Positions 25,291 to 33,731 are shown, numbered from the stretch's first letter. The stretch is 34,712 bases of DNA from an uncultured Candidatus Saccharibacteria bacterium (GCA_964589975.1 CAZPVH010000006.1:1-34712); one strand, 5' to 3'. The notes: generated by a model not told the origin, from the sequence alone. Program-made: numbers and translations.

Positions 25291-25968
25291 ATGAAAGCCC
25301 TAGAGCATAGTCCCATTGAGATCGTGATGAACGTCGAGGGCCTGTACGAGGGCAATCTCATCCCCTACTACCAGGCGCTCCTCGTCGATTCAACCGGTCG
25401 GTCGAACCCTTACCACAACGCGCGGCATGGCCTCCATGTCATGTGTGCGGCTCACGCCGGCGCAAAATTCCACGGTCTTTCTCCCCGCGAAGTGCGGAAT
25501 CTCGGCATTGCCGCCCCTTTCCACGACATCAACCACTCTGGTAAAAGTCGCGGCAAGGATTCACAAGAGATCGAGGTGGCGCTCATGACCCTGCGGCAAT
25601 ACATCCAGCCGGAAGACGAGGGCGAGCTCAAGAACATCTCGGACATCATCCGGGCGACCCAGTATCCGTATGTGCTGCCAAAAGAGACCCTCAACGTCTC
25701 GCAACAGATCATCCGTGATGCCGATATGAGCCAGAACTTCTCCGATGTCTGGATCCAGCAGTGCTGGTTCGGACTGGCTGAAGAACTTGGCTACGACCCG
25801 ATCGCGTTCCTCGGGACCCGTCCGGCGTTCCTACGGGCCGTCGAATTCCACTCTGAGTGGGGCCGCTCTGTCCTTGAGCCCGAGCGTTTGCCGAAGATTC
25901 TGGAAGCCGAGGAATACATCCGTGCCCTTGGCACCAAGATGCCCCCGGAGTATCGTCTGGCTGCTTGA
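25291..25968 (+). CDS. HD-superfamily phosphohydrolase with class I cyclic-nucleotide PDE-like motifs
   Basis: NPYHNARH, FHDINHSG, IIRDAD. Start uncertain (25252 or 25291). Confidence 0.75.
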   Translation: MKALEHSPIEIVMNVEGLYEGNLIPYYQALLVDSTGRSNPYHNARHGLHVMCAAHAGAKFHGLSPREVRNLGIAAPFHDINHSGKSRGKDSQEIEVALMTLRQYIQPEDEGELKNISDIIRATQYPYVLPKETLNVSQQIIRDADMSQNFSDVWIQQCWFGLAEELGYDPIAFLGTRPAFLRAVEFHSEWGRSVLEPERLPKILEAEEYIRALGTKMPPEYRLAA

Positions 25969-25974
25969 ACCACT

Positions 25975-26001
25975 GTCCCCGCGCGTAGCGCGGGGACTTT
26001 T
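25975..26001. terminator. Intrinsic terminator between convergent genes
   Basis: GTCCCCGCGC-GTA-GCGCGGGGAC followed by TTTT. Confidence 0.85.
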
Positions 26002-26005
26002 GCAC

Positions 26006-26476
26006 CTATTTCCTTAAGAATTCAAGGTCTATGAGATCAACCTCTCGGCCAAGCGCCTCTTTCTGAGCAATGAGCTTGTCTTTCGGAATCAGCTGAACTT
26101 TTTCTCCGAACACCTCTCCCGTTCCGTAATCAGAAAAATCTGTTTTCATTTGTTTCCACTCATGATGTTCATGATCAAAAAATTTCTGATCCTCGGCACC
26201 AACCAGGTCTACCACCTGTCCATGATGATCAAGCGTCATCATAAATACGTCCCATTTATCATCAATAAAATGTGATGGGCCGTAAATAATGAAAGGTTCT
26301 ACTTCGGAAATAATCTCGTTAAAACGATTTTCAGGAATCACCAGATCAATATCAACCAACTCCCTATCGGCACCATACGCCCGCGCCGCCAAACCGCCAT
26401 CCACTTGAAACGGGATGTTGTGATTATTTAGAATACCAATTATCCACCTGAAAGATTTCTCTGGATCTTTTTCCAT
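26006..26476 (-). CDS. Minimal Pol-beta-superfamily nucleotidyltransferase
   Basis: DGGLAARAYG..RELVDIDLVI and a later VDL. Confidence 0.78.
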   Translation of the reverse strand: MEKDPEKSFRWIIGILNNHNIPFQVDGGLAARAYGADRELVDIDLVIPENRFNEIISEVEPFIIYGPSHFIDDKWDVFMMTLDHHGQVVDLVGAEDQKFFDHEHHEWKQMKTDFSDYGTGEVFGEKVQLIPKDKLIAQKEALGREVDLIDLEFLRK

Positions 26477-26477
26477 A

Positions 26478-26915
26478 TTAATTAAGTTGTGCCTTGTCGA
26501 CTCTTAAAATTATCTGATTGAATTGCTCTTGAATATCCTTCCATTGATCGTTTATGAAATCAAGATGTATATTATCTAGTGTCATTTTATCGATTTGCGC
26601 ATTAAGCTTTTTGATTGCAGCTTTTAATATCTCTACTTTTTGTTTTGATGCATCAATTTCTTCGCTAGAATATACGGGTGGTCTGATTTCACCCGTAATA
26701 TCTTTTTCGAGCTCTATATATTCCTTATCGCCCTCCATATGTTCAAGATACATCGTTTCAGCATCGAGAAGCTCCACCCCATCTTTTATTAGCTCGAAAC
26801 CCTTCTTAATAAGATCCTTTGTTTCTTGTATTATCTGCTCATTGGTTCTTATTGTTGCCTGGATTTCAGGATCAAAGATTTTTGGTTTTTTGTATTTCCC
26901 TTCTGGGTTTTCCAT
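26478..26915 (-). CDS. Hypothetical coiled-coil protein
   Basis: 145-aa ORF with 1-2 nt junctions to both neighbours. Confidence 0.7.
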   Translation of the reverse strand: MENPEGKYKKPKIFDPEIQATIRTNEQIIQETKDLIKKGFELIKDGVELLDAETMYLEHMEGDKEYIELEKDITGEIRPPVYSSEEIDASKQKVEILKAAIKKLNAQIDKMTLDNIHLDFINDQWKDIQEQFNQIILRVDKAQLN

Positions 26916-26917
26916 AT

Positions 26918-27853
26918 TTATATATTTTCTAAACGCGCTTTAACTTCAGCAATTGCGGGTCGAACATTCGCGACATAGGCCTTCATATTATCGTCCAATG
27001 CATAATTCTCTAGTTTAGGGTCGTGCTCTGCAAAAGCGATTGACTCCTTGGCATGTTTAATCATTTTTTCTTCTAGTTCCTTAGCGTTCGGATTTTTTCT
27101 AACCTCATGAAGTACGTCGAAAAATTTTCTATCCCAATAATTTATATAATAATCATATCCGGCATCTCTTTGGAACGTACTTAGATTAAAACCCGTACCG
27201 ATTTCACCAAAGACATTATTATTTTTTACCAAAATATATTCTTTCAAATAGCCGCTATTCATGTAGTCCAGATAGTCCTTGAACAATTCCACCTCCTTAA
27301 CAAGTCCGAGCCTCTCGTATTCAGATACTATTTCTCTGAGTCCAGAAAATATTTCCATTAGACGCTCATCCCCTTGTTCGTTTTCCAATTCGTAAACATG
27401 ACTAATTTGTCCACTAATCTTTGAAGTTATCATACCGAGAAGCTTCTTGTGAGCATCAGATAAACTCTCTGGCGCGAGACTCTTCAAAAAATCCACATAT
27501 TGGTCTTTGTCTAACAAATTTACTCGGATTTCTCCGCTCACTAGTTGTTCATTTAGATCTATGTCTCCCTTTGTATTGGGTGACTCCAGATCGAGACCTA
27601 TTTTCTGGAGTGTGTCTATGTTCCTTTCAAAAATCTCCTGAGCGGTAACGCTATTCGTTATCTCTTTGGCAATATCTTTTGCGCCCTCACCATTATCCAT
27701 ATGGCCCATCATCATCGCCGCCAAAAATCCACCCATCTTTCGTGAGGAGCTATGCTCATAGTCATACTGTTCTAGGTCTTGAATAAAAGACTGAATAGCC
27801 TGACCACTTACAATTTCTTTCTTTGGTTTGTTTAATTCAAAATGTTGCTCCAT
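26918..27853 (-). CDS. Hypothetical protein
   Basis: 311-aa ORF starting 1 nt after the pyrG stop. Confidence 0.75.
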   Translation of the reverse strand: MEQHFELNKPKKEIVSGQAIQSFIQDLEQYDYEHSSSRKMGGFLAAMMMGHMDNGEGAKDIAKEITNSVTAQEIFERNIDTLQKIGLDLESPNTKGDIDLNEQLVSGEIRVNLLDKDQYVDFLKSLAPESLSDAHKKLLGMITSKISGQISHVYELENEQGDERLMEIFSGLREIVSEYERLGLVKEVELFKDYLDYMNSGYLKEYILVKNNNVFGEIGTGFNLSTFQRDAGYDYYINYWDRKFFDVLHEVRKNPNAKELEEKMIKHAKESIAFAEHDPKLENYALDDNMKAYVANVRPAIAEVKARLENI

Positions 27854-27854
27854 A

Positions 27855-29507
27855 TTATTTCTTCTTCAAACAAGCTTTTATGAATTCAGTAAAAAGTGGG
27901 TGCGGAGAAAGTGGGCGTGCGAGAAATTCTGGGTGAAATTGAACACCGAGCATAAACGGATGCACTGTACGTGGAAATTCGGCGATCTCCATCAGGACGC
28001 CATTCGGTGATTTGCCGGAGAAGACAATACCCCCTTCTTCGAGACGCTCTACATATTCTGGATTAACCTCATAGCGGTGTCGGTGGCGCTCACTAATCTT
28101 CGTCGCTTTGTATGCGTCATACGCAATGGTTTTCTTAGAAACGACGCACGGATACGTTCCAAGGCGCATTGAGCCGCCAAAATCGCGGATTTCTAATTTC
28201 TTCTTTTGGTCCGGCATGATGTCAATTATCGGGTACGGTGTTTTTGTGTCTATTTCTACCGTATTTGCATTCTCCATCCCCAGGACGTTCCGGGCATATT
28301 CAACGACCATTAGCTGCATACCGTAGCAGAGGCCGAAATACGGAATCTTATTTAATCGAGCATATTCGATTACTTTTATCTTACCTTCGATCCCGGTCTC
28401 GCCGAAGCCGCCAGGCACGAGGATGCCATCATATTTGTCTAGCTTTCCAAGCTCGCGTTTCCCGCCCTTTTCAAAATCTTTGGCGGAGAGCCAATCAAGT
28501 TCTGCATGAACGCCCGCATACGCTGCAGAAATCTTCAAGGCCTCGATTACAGAGATATACGCATCCGAGAGAACAAAATCTCCTGTGTCAAAATACTTGC
28601 CGACCACGGCAATCCTTACTTTCCCTTTCGGATTATTCATCTTCGAGACAAATCCACGCCATTCTTTCAAATCCTTTTGCCGGGGCTTAAGACCGAAGTA
28701 TGAAAGAATACGAGTCGAGAGACCGTCTTTTTCAAAGTTTATCGGCACATCGTAAATGTTACTAACGTTAGGCGCAGAGATTACATCTTCCGCCGAAGCA
28801 AGACCCGACATGTTGGCGATCTTTTCTTTGCGTTTCTTATCCACCGGACCATCGGCCCGCGCGACAATGATATTCGGATGAACGCCGTAGCTATTCATCT
28901 GAGAAACGGCATTCTGCGTTGGCTTGGTCTTCATCTCGCCAATAGACTTTGGCGTGGGGAGATATGAGACCATGACAAACATGACATTACCGGGATTTCT
29001 AAGCTTTAATTGACGCGCGGCCTCGAGAAAAATAGCGTTCTGATACTCGCCGATCGTGCCACCGATCTCGACGATAATAAATTCTGCTTTGCTGACCTCT
29101 CCGGCTTCTTCAATACGTCGCAAAATCTCTTCGGTAATATGATACGTCGGCTCAACACACTTCCCTTTGTAGCCCAGGGCGCGTTCTTTGTCGATAACGT
29201 ATTTGAAAACCATGCCGTTTGTCATGTAGTTTACTCGCGGCATGGACTTGTTCAAGAACCTTTCGTAGTTACCCATATCTTGATCGGTCTCCAGCCCTGA
29301 GTCGAGGACAAATACCTCGCCATGCTCGGTCGGATTCATCGTCCCCGCATCTACATTCAAATAAGGGTCAGCTTTTATCAAGCTGACCCGAAAGCCCTTT
29401 GACTGGATGATGGTGCCGATGGAGGAAGTAGTGACACCCTTCCCTACGCCAGACATTACTCCGCCTACCACAAAGATGTATTTGATGTCGCGTTTCTTCT
29501 TTAGCAT
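27855..29507 (-). CDS. pyrG: CTP synthase
   Basis: GGVMSGVGKG, DPYLNVDAGTMNPTEHGEVFV, KTKPTQ, GLCYGMQ, ERHRHRYEVN, QFHPEF. Confidence 0.98.
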   Translation of the reverse strand: MLKKKRDIKYIFVVGGVMSGVGKGVTTSSIGTIIQSKGFRVSLIKADPYLNVDAGTMNPTEHGEVFVLDSGLETDQDMGNYERFLNKSMPRVNYMTNGMVFKYVIDKERALGYKGKCVEPTYHITEEILRRIEEAGEVSKAEFIIVEIGGTIGEYQNAIFLEAARQLKLRNPGNVMFVMVSYLPTPKSIGEMKTKPTQNAVSQMNSYGVHPNIIVARADGPVDKKRKEKIANMSGLASAEDVISAPNVSNIYDVPINFEKDGLSTRILSYFGLKPRQKDLKEWRGFVSKMNNPKGKVRIAVVGKYFDTGDFVLSDAYISVIEALKISAAYAGVHAELDWLSAKDFEKGGKRELGKLDKYDGILVPGGFGETGIEGKIKVIEYARLNKIPYFGLCYGMQLMVVEYARNVLGMENANTVEIDTKTPYPIIDIMPDQKKKLEIRDFGGSMRLGTYPCVVSKKTIAYDAYKATKISERHRHRYEVNPEYVERLEEGGIVFSGKSPNGVLMEIAEFPRTVHPFMLGVQFHPEFLARPLSPHPLFTEFIKACLKKK

Positions 29508-29508
29508 T

Positions 29509-30432
29509 TTATTTCTTCAAATAAGTCCTAACCGCCCAATAACTTGAGATAACACCGAGGAACATCCCAAAAACCCCTGTCACGACAAGGAGCTGGAAGA
29601 AATTTGCAATGTAGTATGTATGAAGGTTAATCCCCAGGAATCCAGTCATATTTGCGCCCACCCAAAGCGTCATAGGGTAAAAAATAATCATTGTAATGAT
29701 AGCCGAGATAATACCGTATAGCATTCCCTCTACCAGAAACGGGCCACGGATATAATGATTCTCTGCGCCAACGAGCCTCATTACGGAGATTTCTTCTCGG
29801 GCGATATAGATGACCAAGCGAATGGTATTGAACGTGATGATGAGAGAAATGGCCATGAGGACAATTGTAAGAGCAATCCCTAGCTTCTTTGCGCCCTCGG
29901 TTATGGAAATAAGTCGATCAATGACGAGCTTGTTCTGCGAGTAGTTAACTTTGTCGATAATAACGGACTGACCTGAGCCAAGAGCATTGTCTCCCTCGAG
30001 GAACGCGGCAATGGACTCATACTGTGAAGTCTGAGTGGCTTTGATATTTAGAGTCGCGCCGAGCGGATTTTCATCAAGCTCTTCAAGCGCCTGGAGCGTT
30101 AAGTAGTCGTTCGCGTGGCGCTCTTTGAAATTTGCCAGAGCCTGATCAGCCGAAACATATTCGACATTTGCAACCTCTGGGAGCTCTTCGATCGAGGACC
30201 TAAGAGACAAAATCTCTGATTCTTCGGCATCAAGCGTAAAGAAGACAGTGACATCAACCTTATCCTCCAGTGAAGCCAAAGAAAAGTTCAGAATGGCCTG
30301 GGAGAAAATAAGCATTGTTATAACAGAAAGAGTGATCGTCATAACCAGGACGGATGAGAGTGAAACAAAAGTACTTCGTTTAAAGTTTACGAATCCCGAT
30401 TTTATTATTCGTCGAAGGTCTAATATTTTCAT
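29509..30432 (-). CDS. ftsX: Cell division ABC permease FtsX
   Basis: TM1 plus extracytoplasmic domain, NTIRLVIYIAREEISVMRLVGA...IRGPFLVEG. Confidence 0.93.
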   Translation of the reverse strand: MKILDLRRIIKSGFVNFKRSTFVSLSSVLVMTITLSVITMLIFSQAILNFSLASLEDKVDVTVFFTLDAEESEILSLRSSIEELPEVANVEYVSADQALANFKERHANDYLTLQALEELDENPLGATLNIKATQTSQYESIAAFLEGDNALGSGQSVIIDKVNYSQNKLVIDRLISITEGAKKLGIALTIVLMAISLIITFNTIRLVIYIAREEISVMRLVGAENHYIRGPFLVEGMLYGIISAIITMIIFYPMTLWVGANMTGFLGINLHTYYIANFFQLLVVTGVFGMFLGVISSYWAVRTYLKK

Positions 30433-30548
30433 CCCGTTAGAAGCAGGTCGCGGTCGTTCCGCAACCTACTCGGTTAATACTTATTAATTTTGTTTCTGAT
30501 ATTATCATATTTTATATTTTTACTTGCGGCCGCGGCTTCTAACGGGAT
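30431..30548. repeat. Inverted-repeat (MITE-like) element between ftsE and ftsX, overlapping the ftsX ATG
   Basis: Perfect 14-bp arms ATCCCGTTAGAAGC (30431-30444) and GCTTCTAACGGGAT (30535-30548), further CGCGG and TTGCGG pairings, AT-rich loop. Confidence 0.8.
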
Positions 30549-30560
30549 TCGTATACCAAT

Positions 30561-31244
30561 TTATACTACGTATTTTCCATGGGCTTCATCTCGAACCATC
30601 TTGCCATCCTCCAGGGTCACCACTCTCTTCTTTATACTGTCGATGACGCCTTTGTTGTGAGTTGTAAGGATTACAGTCGTACCGAGGTCGTTTATCTTTT
30701 TCAAAATCTGAACGATCTCAAAAGTGTTAACTGGATCGAGATTTCCTGTTGGTTCGTCAGCGATGACGATAGCTGGATTGTTGATGATAGCGCGAGCGAT
30801 GGAAAGTCGCTGCTTCTCGCCTCCGGAGAGCTGACGTGGGAAATGATGAGCCTGATCGGTAAGGTCTACCAGATCCAAGACATGCGGAACATCTTCTGCG
30901 ATTTCTTCGTCTGTCTTGCCTGCTGTTTCCATTGCAAAGGCTATATTTTCATAAGCCGTTTTATTTGGCAGAAGTCGAAAATCTTGAAAGACCGTGCCGA
31001 TACCTCGTCGATACTTCGTCAACTTGCGCCCGCGCAATTTGTGTATGTCAGTATCGTGAAAGAAAACTTTTCCCTCTGTCGGTTCTTCTTCACATAATAG
31101 AAGTCTGGTAAACGTCGTCTTCCCAGCACCAGAATGTCCAACAATAGAGATAAATTCTCCTTCTTTAATCTGAAGATCCATCTCAATAATGGATGGATTC
31201 TTGGCACCTTTGTAGATTTTTGTAACTCCTTCGAATCGGATCAT
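30561..31244 (-). CDS. ftsE: Cell division ATP-binding protein FtsE
   Basis: GHSGAGKT, VFQDFRLL, LSGGEKQR, ADEPTGNLD; upstream of ftsX. Confidence 0.95.
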   Translation of the reverse strand: MIRFEGVTKIYKGAKNPSIIEMDLQIKEGEFISIVGHSGAGKTTFTRLLLCEEEPTEGKVFFHDTDIHKLRGRKLTKYRRGIGTVFQDFRLLPNKTAYENIAFAMETAGKTDEEIAEDVPHVLDLVDLTDQAHHFPRQLSGGEKQRLSIARAIINNPAIVIADEPTGNLDPVNTFEIVQILKKINDLGTTVILTTHNKGVIDSIKKRVVTLEDGKMVRDEAHGKYVV

Positions 31245-31295
31245 AGTACAAGGATTATTGTAGCAGAGTTTTTAAGATTTTTCCCAAAATCCCAC

Positions 31296-32177
31296 CTATA
31301 ATTCACGTTCAGCTTGAAGAAATTCTTCAATTTCCCCATTTTTTAAAACCTTGTCAACATCGCGCACCTCAACATCAGTACGATGATCTTTCACCATTTG
31401 ATACGGATGTAGGACATACGAACGAATCTGACTGCCCCATTCATTTTCTGTAGTCTTTGAGACAGATAACTCATCAACCTTGTCCTTATGCTCTGCTTCA
31501 AGCTTTCTTATTAATTTACCGAGAATTACTTCAAACGCTTTCTCCCTGTTAGCCTCCTGGCTGCGCTCACTTGTGGCGTGTGCGGTGATGCCGGTCGGGA
31601 CATGCGTCATTCTAACTGCAGTGTCACGCTTATTCACATTCTGTCCTCCAGCTCCGCCAGAGCGCGCGAATTGAACCTCTATGTCTTCTGGTCGTATTTC
31701 AACTGCGTCAGACTTGTCGAGTACCGGAATAACTTCCACCATAGAAAAAGACGTCTGCCTTTTACCATTCGCGTTAAATGGCGAAATGCGAACTAGCCTG
31801 TGAACACCTGACTCGTTCCGGAGTTTTCCGTACGCTCCCTTGCCCACAAGTTCGAAACTGATCGAGCGATACCCACCGGACGAAGCCGGCGTCTCGTCGA
31901 TCATCCGAAGCTCGAATCCGGCGTTCCCGGCGTATTTCATGTACATCTCGAACAGCATTCGAGTGAAATCTTCAGCATCATCGCCGCCAGCTCCAGAAAA
32001 TATCGTAAAAAGCGCAGAACGTTTATCATATTTCGAACCGCCCTCTAGAGTTGCTTTCAAATCCTGAAGCTCTTTTATCATCGCCTGGGCTTTATTTTTG
32101 TCATTCCAAAAATCCCCCGACGCCATAGCGGTTTCAATCTCAGCAACACGCTTTTCTATTTGTGATTTATCTTGCAT
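31296..32177 (-). CDS. prfB: Peptide chain release factor 2, with a shortened N-terminal domain
   Basis: SPF anticodon-mimic tripeptide (RISPFN), [20 protein letters not shown]. Confidence 0.92.
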   Translation of the reverse strand: MQDKSQIEKRVAEIETAMASGDFWNDKNKAQAMIKELQDLKATLEGGSKYDKRSALFTIFSGAGGDDAEDFTRMLFEMYMKYAGNAGFELRMIDETPASSGGYRSISFELVGKGAYGKLRNESGVHRLVRISPFNANGKRQTSFSMVEVIPVLDKSDAVEIRPEDIEVQFARSGGAGGQNVNKRDTAVRMTHVPTGITAHATSERSQEANREKAFEVILGKLIRKLEAEHKDKVDELSVSKTTENEWGSQIRSYVLHPYQMVKDHRTDVEVRDVDKVLKNGEIEEFLQAEREL

Positions 32178-32777
32178 TTAATCCTTTACTGAATTTAATA
32201 TTTCTTCATAAAGCTTTGGAGAAAGTTCTTGTGTTTTTTTCGCGATAGCTTGTATGATTCCTTTTTCTTGCTCAAATTTTTCTCTTGAAAGACCGAAAAA
32301 TTTAAAAGCTCTTTCCTCCCTAGTAAGAAATTTTTTCTGCTCTTCTAGAGACAGATTATCATTTCTAGAATAAGCTTCTACAGCTGATTCAGGCATACCG
32401 AGACTCTTGCCAAGCATCTCATGATAGTCATGGGTATTTAGCCCTTGCTTAAATGCTTCGTTTACTCGCTGGAGCGCCTCAACATCCCGGGCAATCCTAT
32501 AGTGATAAGAAACAATCCCTATGATTTCCGGATCATGTTCCCAACCTTCAGAAAAAACAAGACCAAAATTTTCACACATTGACTTAATCTTTGTTCTCAG
32601 TGAGAGAGATTCAGCCTCATCCACAAAATCCGTCTGAAATAGAGTGGCTGGCTTTACACCCGAGGCTACGGCAATAATATTAGCTTTATCGCGACTATTG
32701 ATTTCTTTTAAGCTTTCGAGGAAATGTATTGCTTCTAAACCGACTGTCGATTCTTGATTTTTTCTAAAAGTTTCCAT
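32178..32777 (-). CDS. Hypothetical protein, first gene of the prfB transcript
   Basis: 199-aa ORF; TGGTATAAT 7 nt upstream; stop directly abuts the prfB ATG. Confidence 0.75.
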   Translation of the reverse strand: METFRKNQESTVGLEAIHFLESLKEINSRDKANIIAVASGVKPATLFQTDFVDEAESLSLRTKIKSMCENFGLVFSEGWEHDPEIIGIVSYHYRIARDVEALQRVNEAFKQGLNTHDYHEMLGKSLGMPESAVEAYSRNDNLSLEEQKKFLTREERAFKFFGLSREKFEQEKGIIQAIAKKTQELSPKLYEEILNSVKD

Positions 32778-32813
32778 AACCCGAATTATACCATTTTGGT
32801 CAAGGGCTTGATT

Positions 32814-33506
32814 TCAACCCTTTTTCTGCAAATACACATTCCAATAATTTCTCTTGTATGACTGATTGCCAAATCTTTGGTATCCAGTTTTACGTTCCAT
32901 ATAGAGTATCTCAAAAAATTGAGAGTATTGCTCGCGAATACCTGCCTCAGAAAAAACTCGTTCGGTCGACCCAAGAGTTGGATGAATATATGTATCGGAT
33001 TCCAAACCCGGACTATTTTTTATTAGATACGCCGCATTCTTGTCGCCTTCTTTAGCAAGGGTTCGCAGATACAAAATTCCTCCGGGGCGCATGACGCGAT
33101 TTATTTCTGATAAAAAAAACTTTCTCTCAACTTCTGAAAGCGAGAACGAGGCCATGATATCTAGGACCAAATCAACTGAATTATTTTTCTCAGGAAATTT
33201 TTCATCCATGCCCCTCACGGTGAAGTGGATATTTGGATCAGAAAAATCTTTCTTAGCGAGTGCGATAGCTTCCCGACTGAAATCGAAAGCCGAAACTTGC
33301 GCGCCGTATTTCTTTGTTACATACGCAGAATTCCTGCCGATTCCACAACCTGCATCAACGACGCTCATGCCGGTGAGGGGAAATTTCGACTTCTTGGCCC
33401 ACTTTAGGAATTTCAAAAAATCAGCTTGGGGCTTCTCACCAAGGGTTATGAAATCCGGTCGGCCATATTCCCTGTCCCATGCTTTTTTAGAATCAGTAGT
33501 TTTCAT
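32814..33506 (-). CDS. Class I SAM-dependent methyltransferase
   Basis: VVDAGCGIGRNS, AFDFS. Start corrected to MKTT (33506) because the longer ORF runs into a tRNA. Confidence 0.88.
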   Translation of the reverse strand: MKTTDSKKAWDREYGRPDFITLGEKPQADFLKFLKWAKKSKFPLTGMSVVDAGCGIGRNSAYVTKKYGAQVSAFDFSREAIALAKKDFSDPNIHFTVRGMDEKFPEKNNSVDLVLDIMASFSLSEVERKFFLSEINRVMRPGGILYLRTLAKEGDKNAAYLIKNSPGLESDTYIHPTLGSTERVFSEAGIREQYSQFFEILYMERKTGYQRFGNQSYKRNYWNVYLQKKG

Positions 33507-33508
33507 TG

Positions 33509-33581
33509 AGCCGAAGACCGGGATTGAACCGGTGGCCTCATCTTTACGAAAGATGTGCTCTACCAACTGAGCTACTTCGGC
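33509..33581 (-). tRNA. tRNA-Thr(CGT), no encoded CCA
   Basis: GCCGAAGTAGCTCAGTTGGTAGAGCA-CATCT-TTCGTAA-AGATG-...GGTTCAATCCCGGTCTTCGGCT. Confidence 0.95.
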
Positions 33582-33585
33582 GACA

Positions 33586-33661
33586 TGGAGCCGTTGGCCG
33601 GGATTGAACCGGCGACCTCGCCCTTACCATGGGCGTGCTCTACCAACTGAGCTACAACGGC
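33586..33661 (-). tRNA. tRNA-Thr(GGT)
   Basis: GCCGTTGTAGCTCAG...CGCCC-ATGGTAA-GGGCG...GGTTCAATCCCGGCCAACGGCTCCA. Confidence 0.96.
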
Positions 33662-33664
33662 AAA

Positions 33665-33731
33665 TTATCGGAGGGTGGGCCTTAGCCCATTTAGGATGGC
33701 TGCGTCCAAGCCAAACCTACCCCTCCGACAA
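33665..33731 (-). other. Three-way-junction structured element in the leader of the tRNA-Thr pair
   Basis: Minus strand TTGTCGGAGGG/CCCTCCGATAA closing stem with two internal hairpins. Confidence 0.55.

Noticed and set aside
25452-26017. Several overlapping alternative-frame ORFs over the HD gene, and similar ones over nhaP, yjjX, phyH and pyrG
   Set aside because: Expected shadow ORFs of GC-richer coding DNA, with no motifs or independent expression signals.
26006-27853. Integron cassette array
   Set aside because: Junctions are 1-2 nt with no room for attC sites, and no integron integrase is in the window.
32100-32260. RF2 programmed +1 frameshift site
   Set aside because: No CTT-TGA-C and no upstream RF2-like helix; the upstream ORF is unrelated.
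33507-33566. First 20 aa of the 32814-33566 ORF
   Set aside because: These codons are read through tRNA-Thr(CGT).
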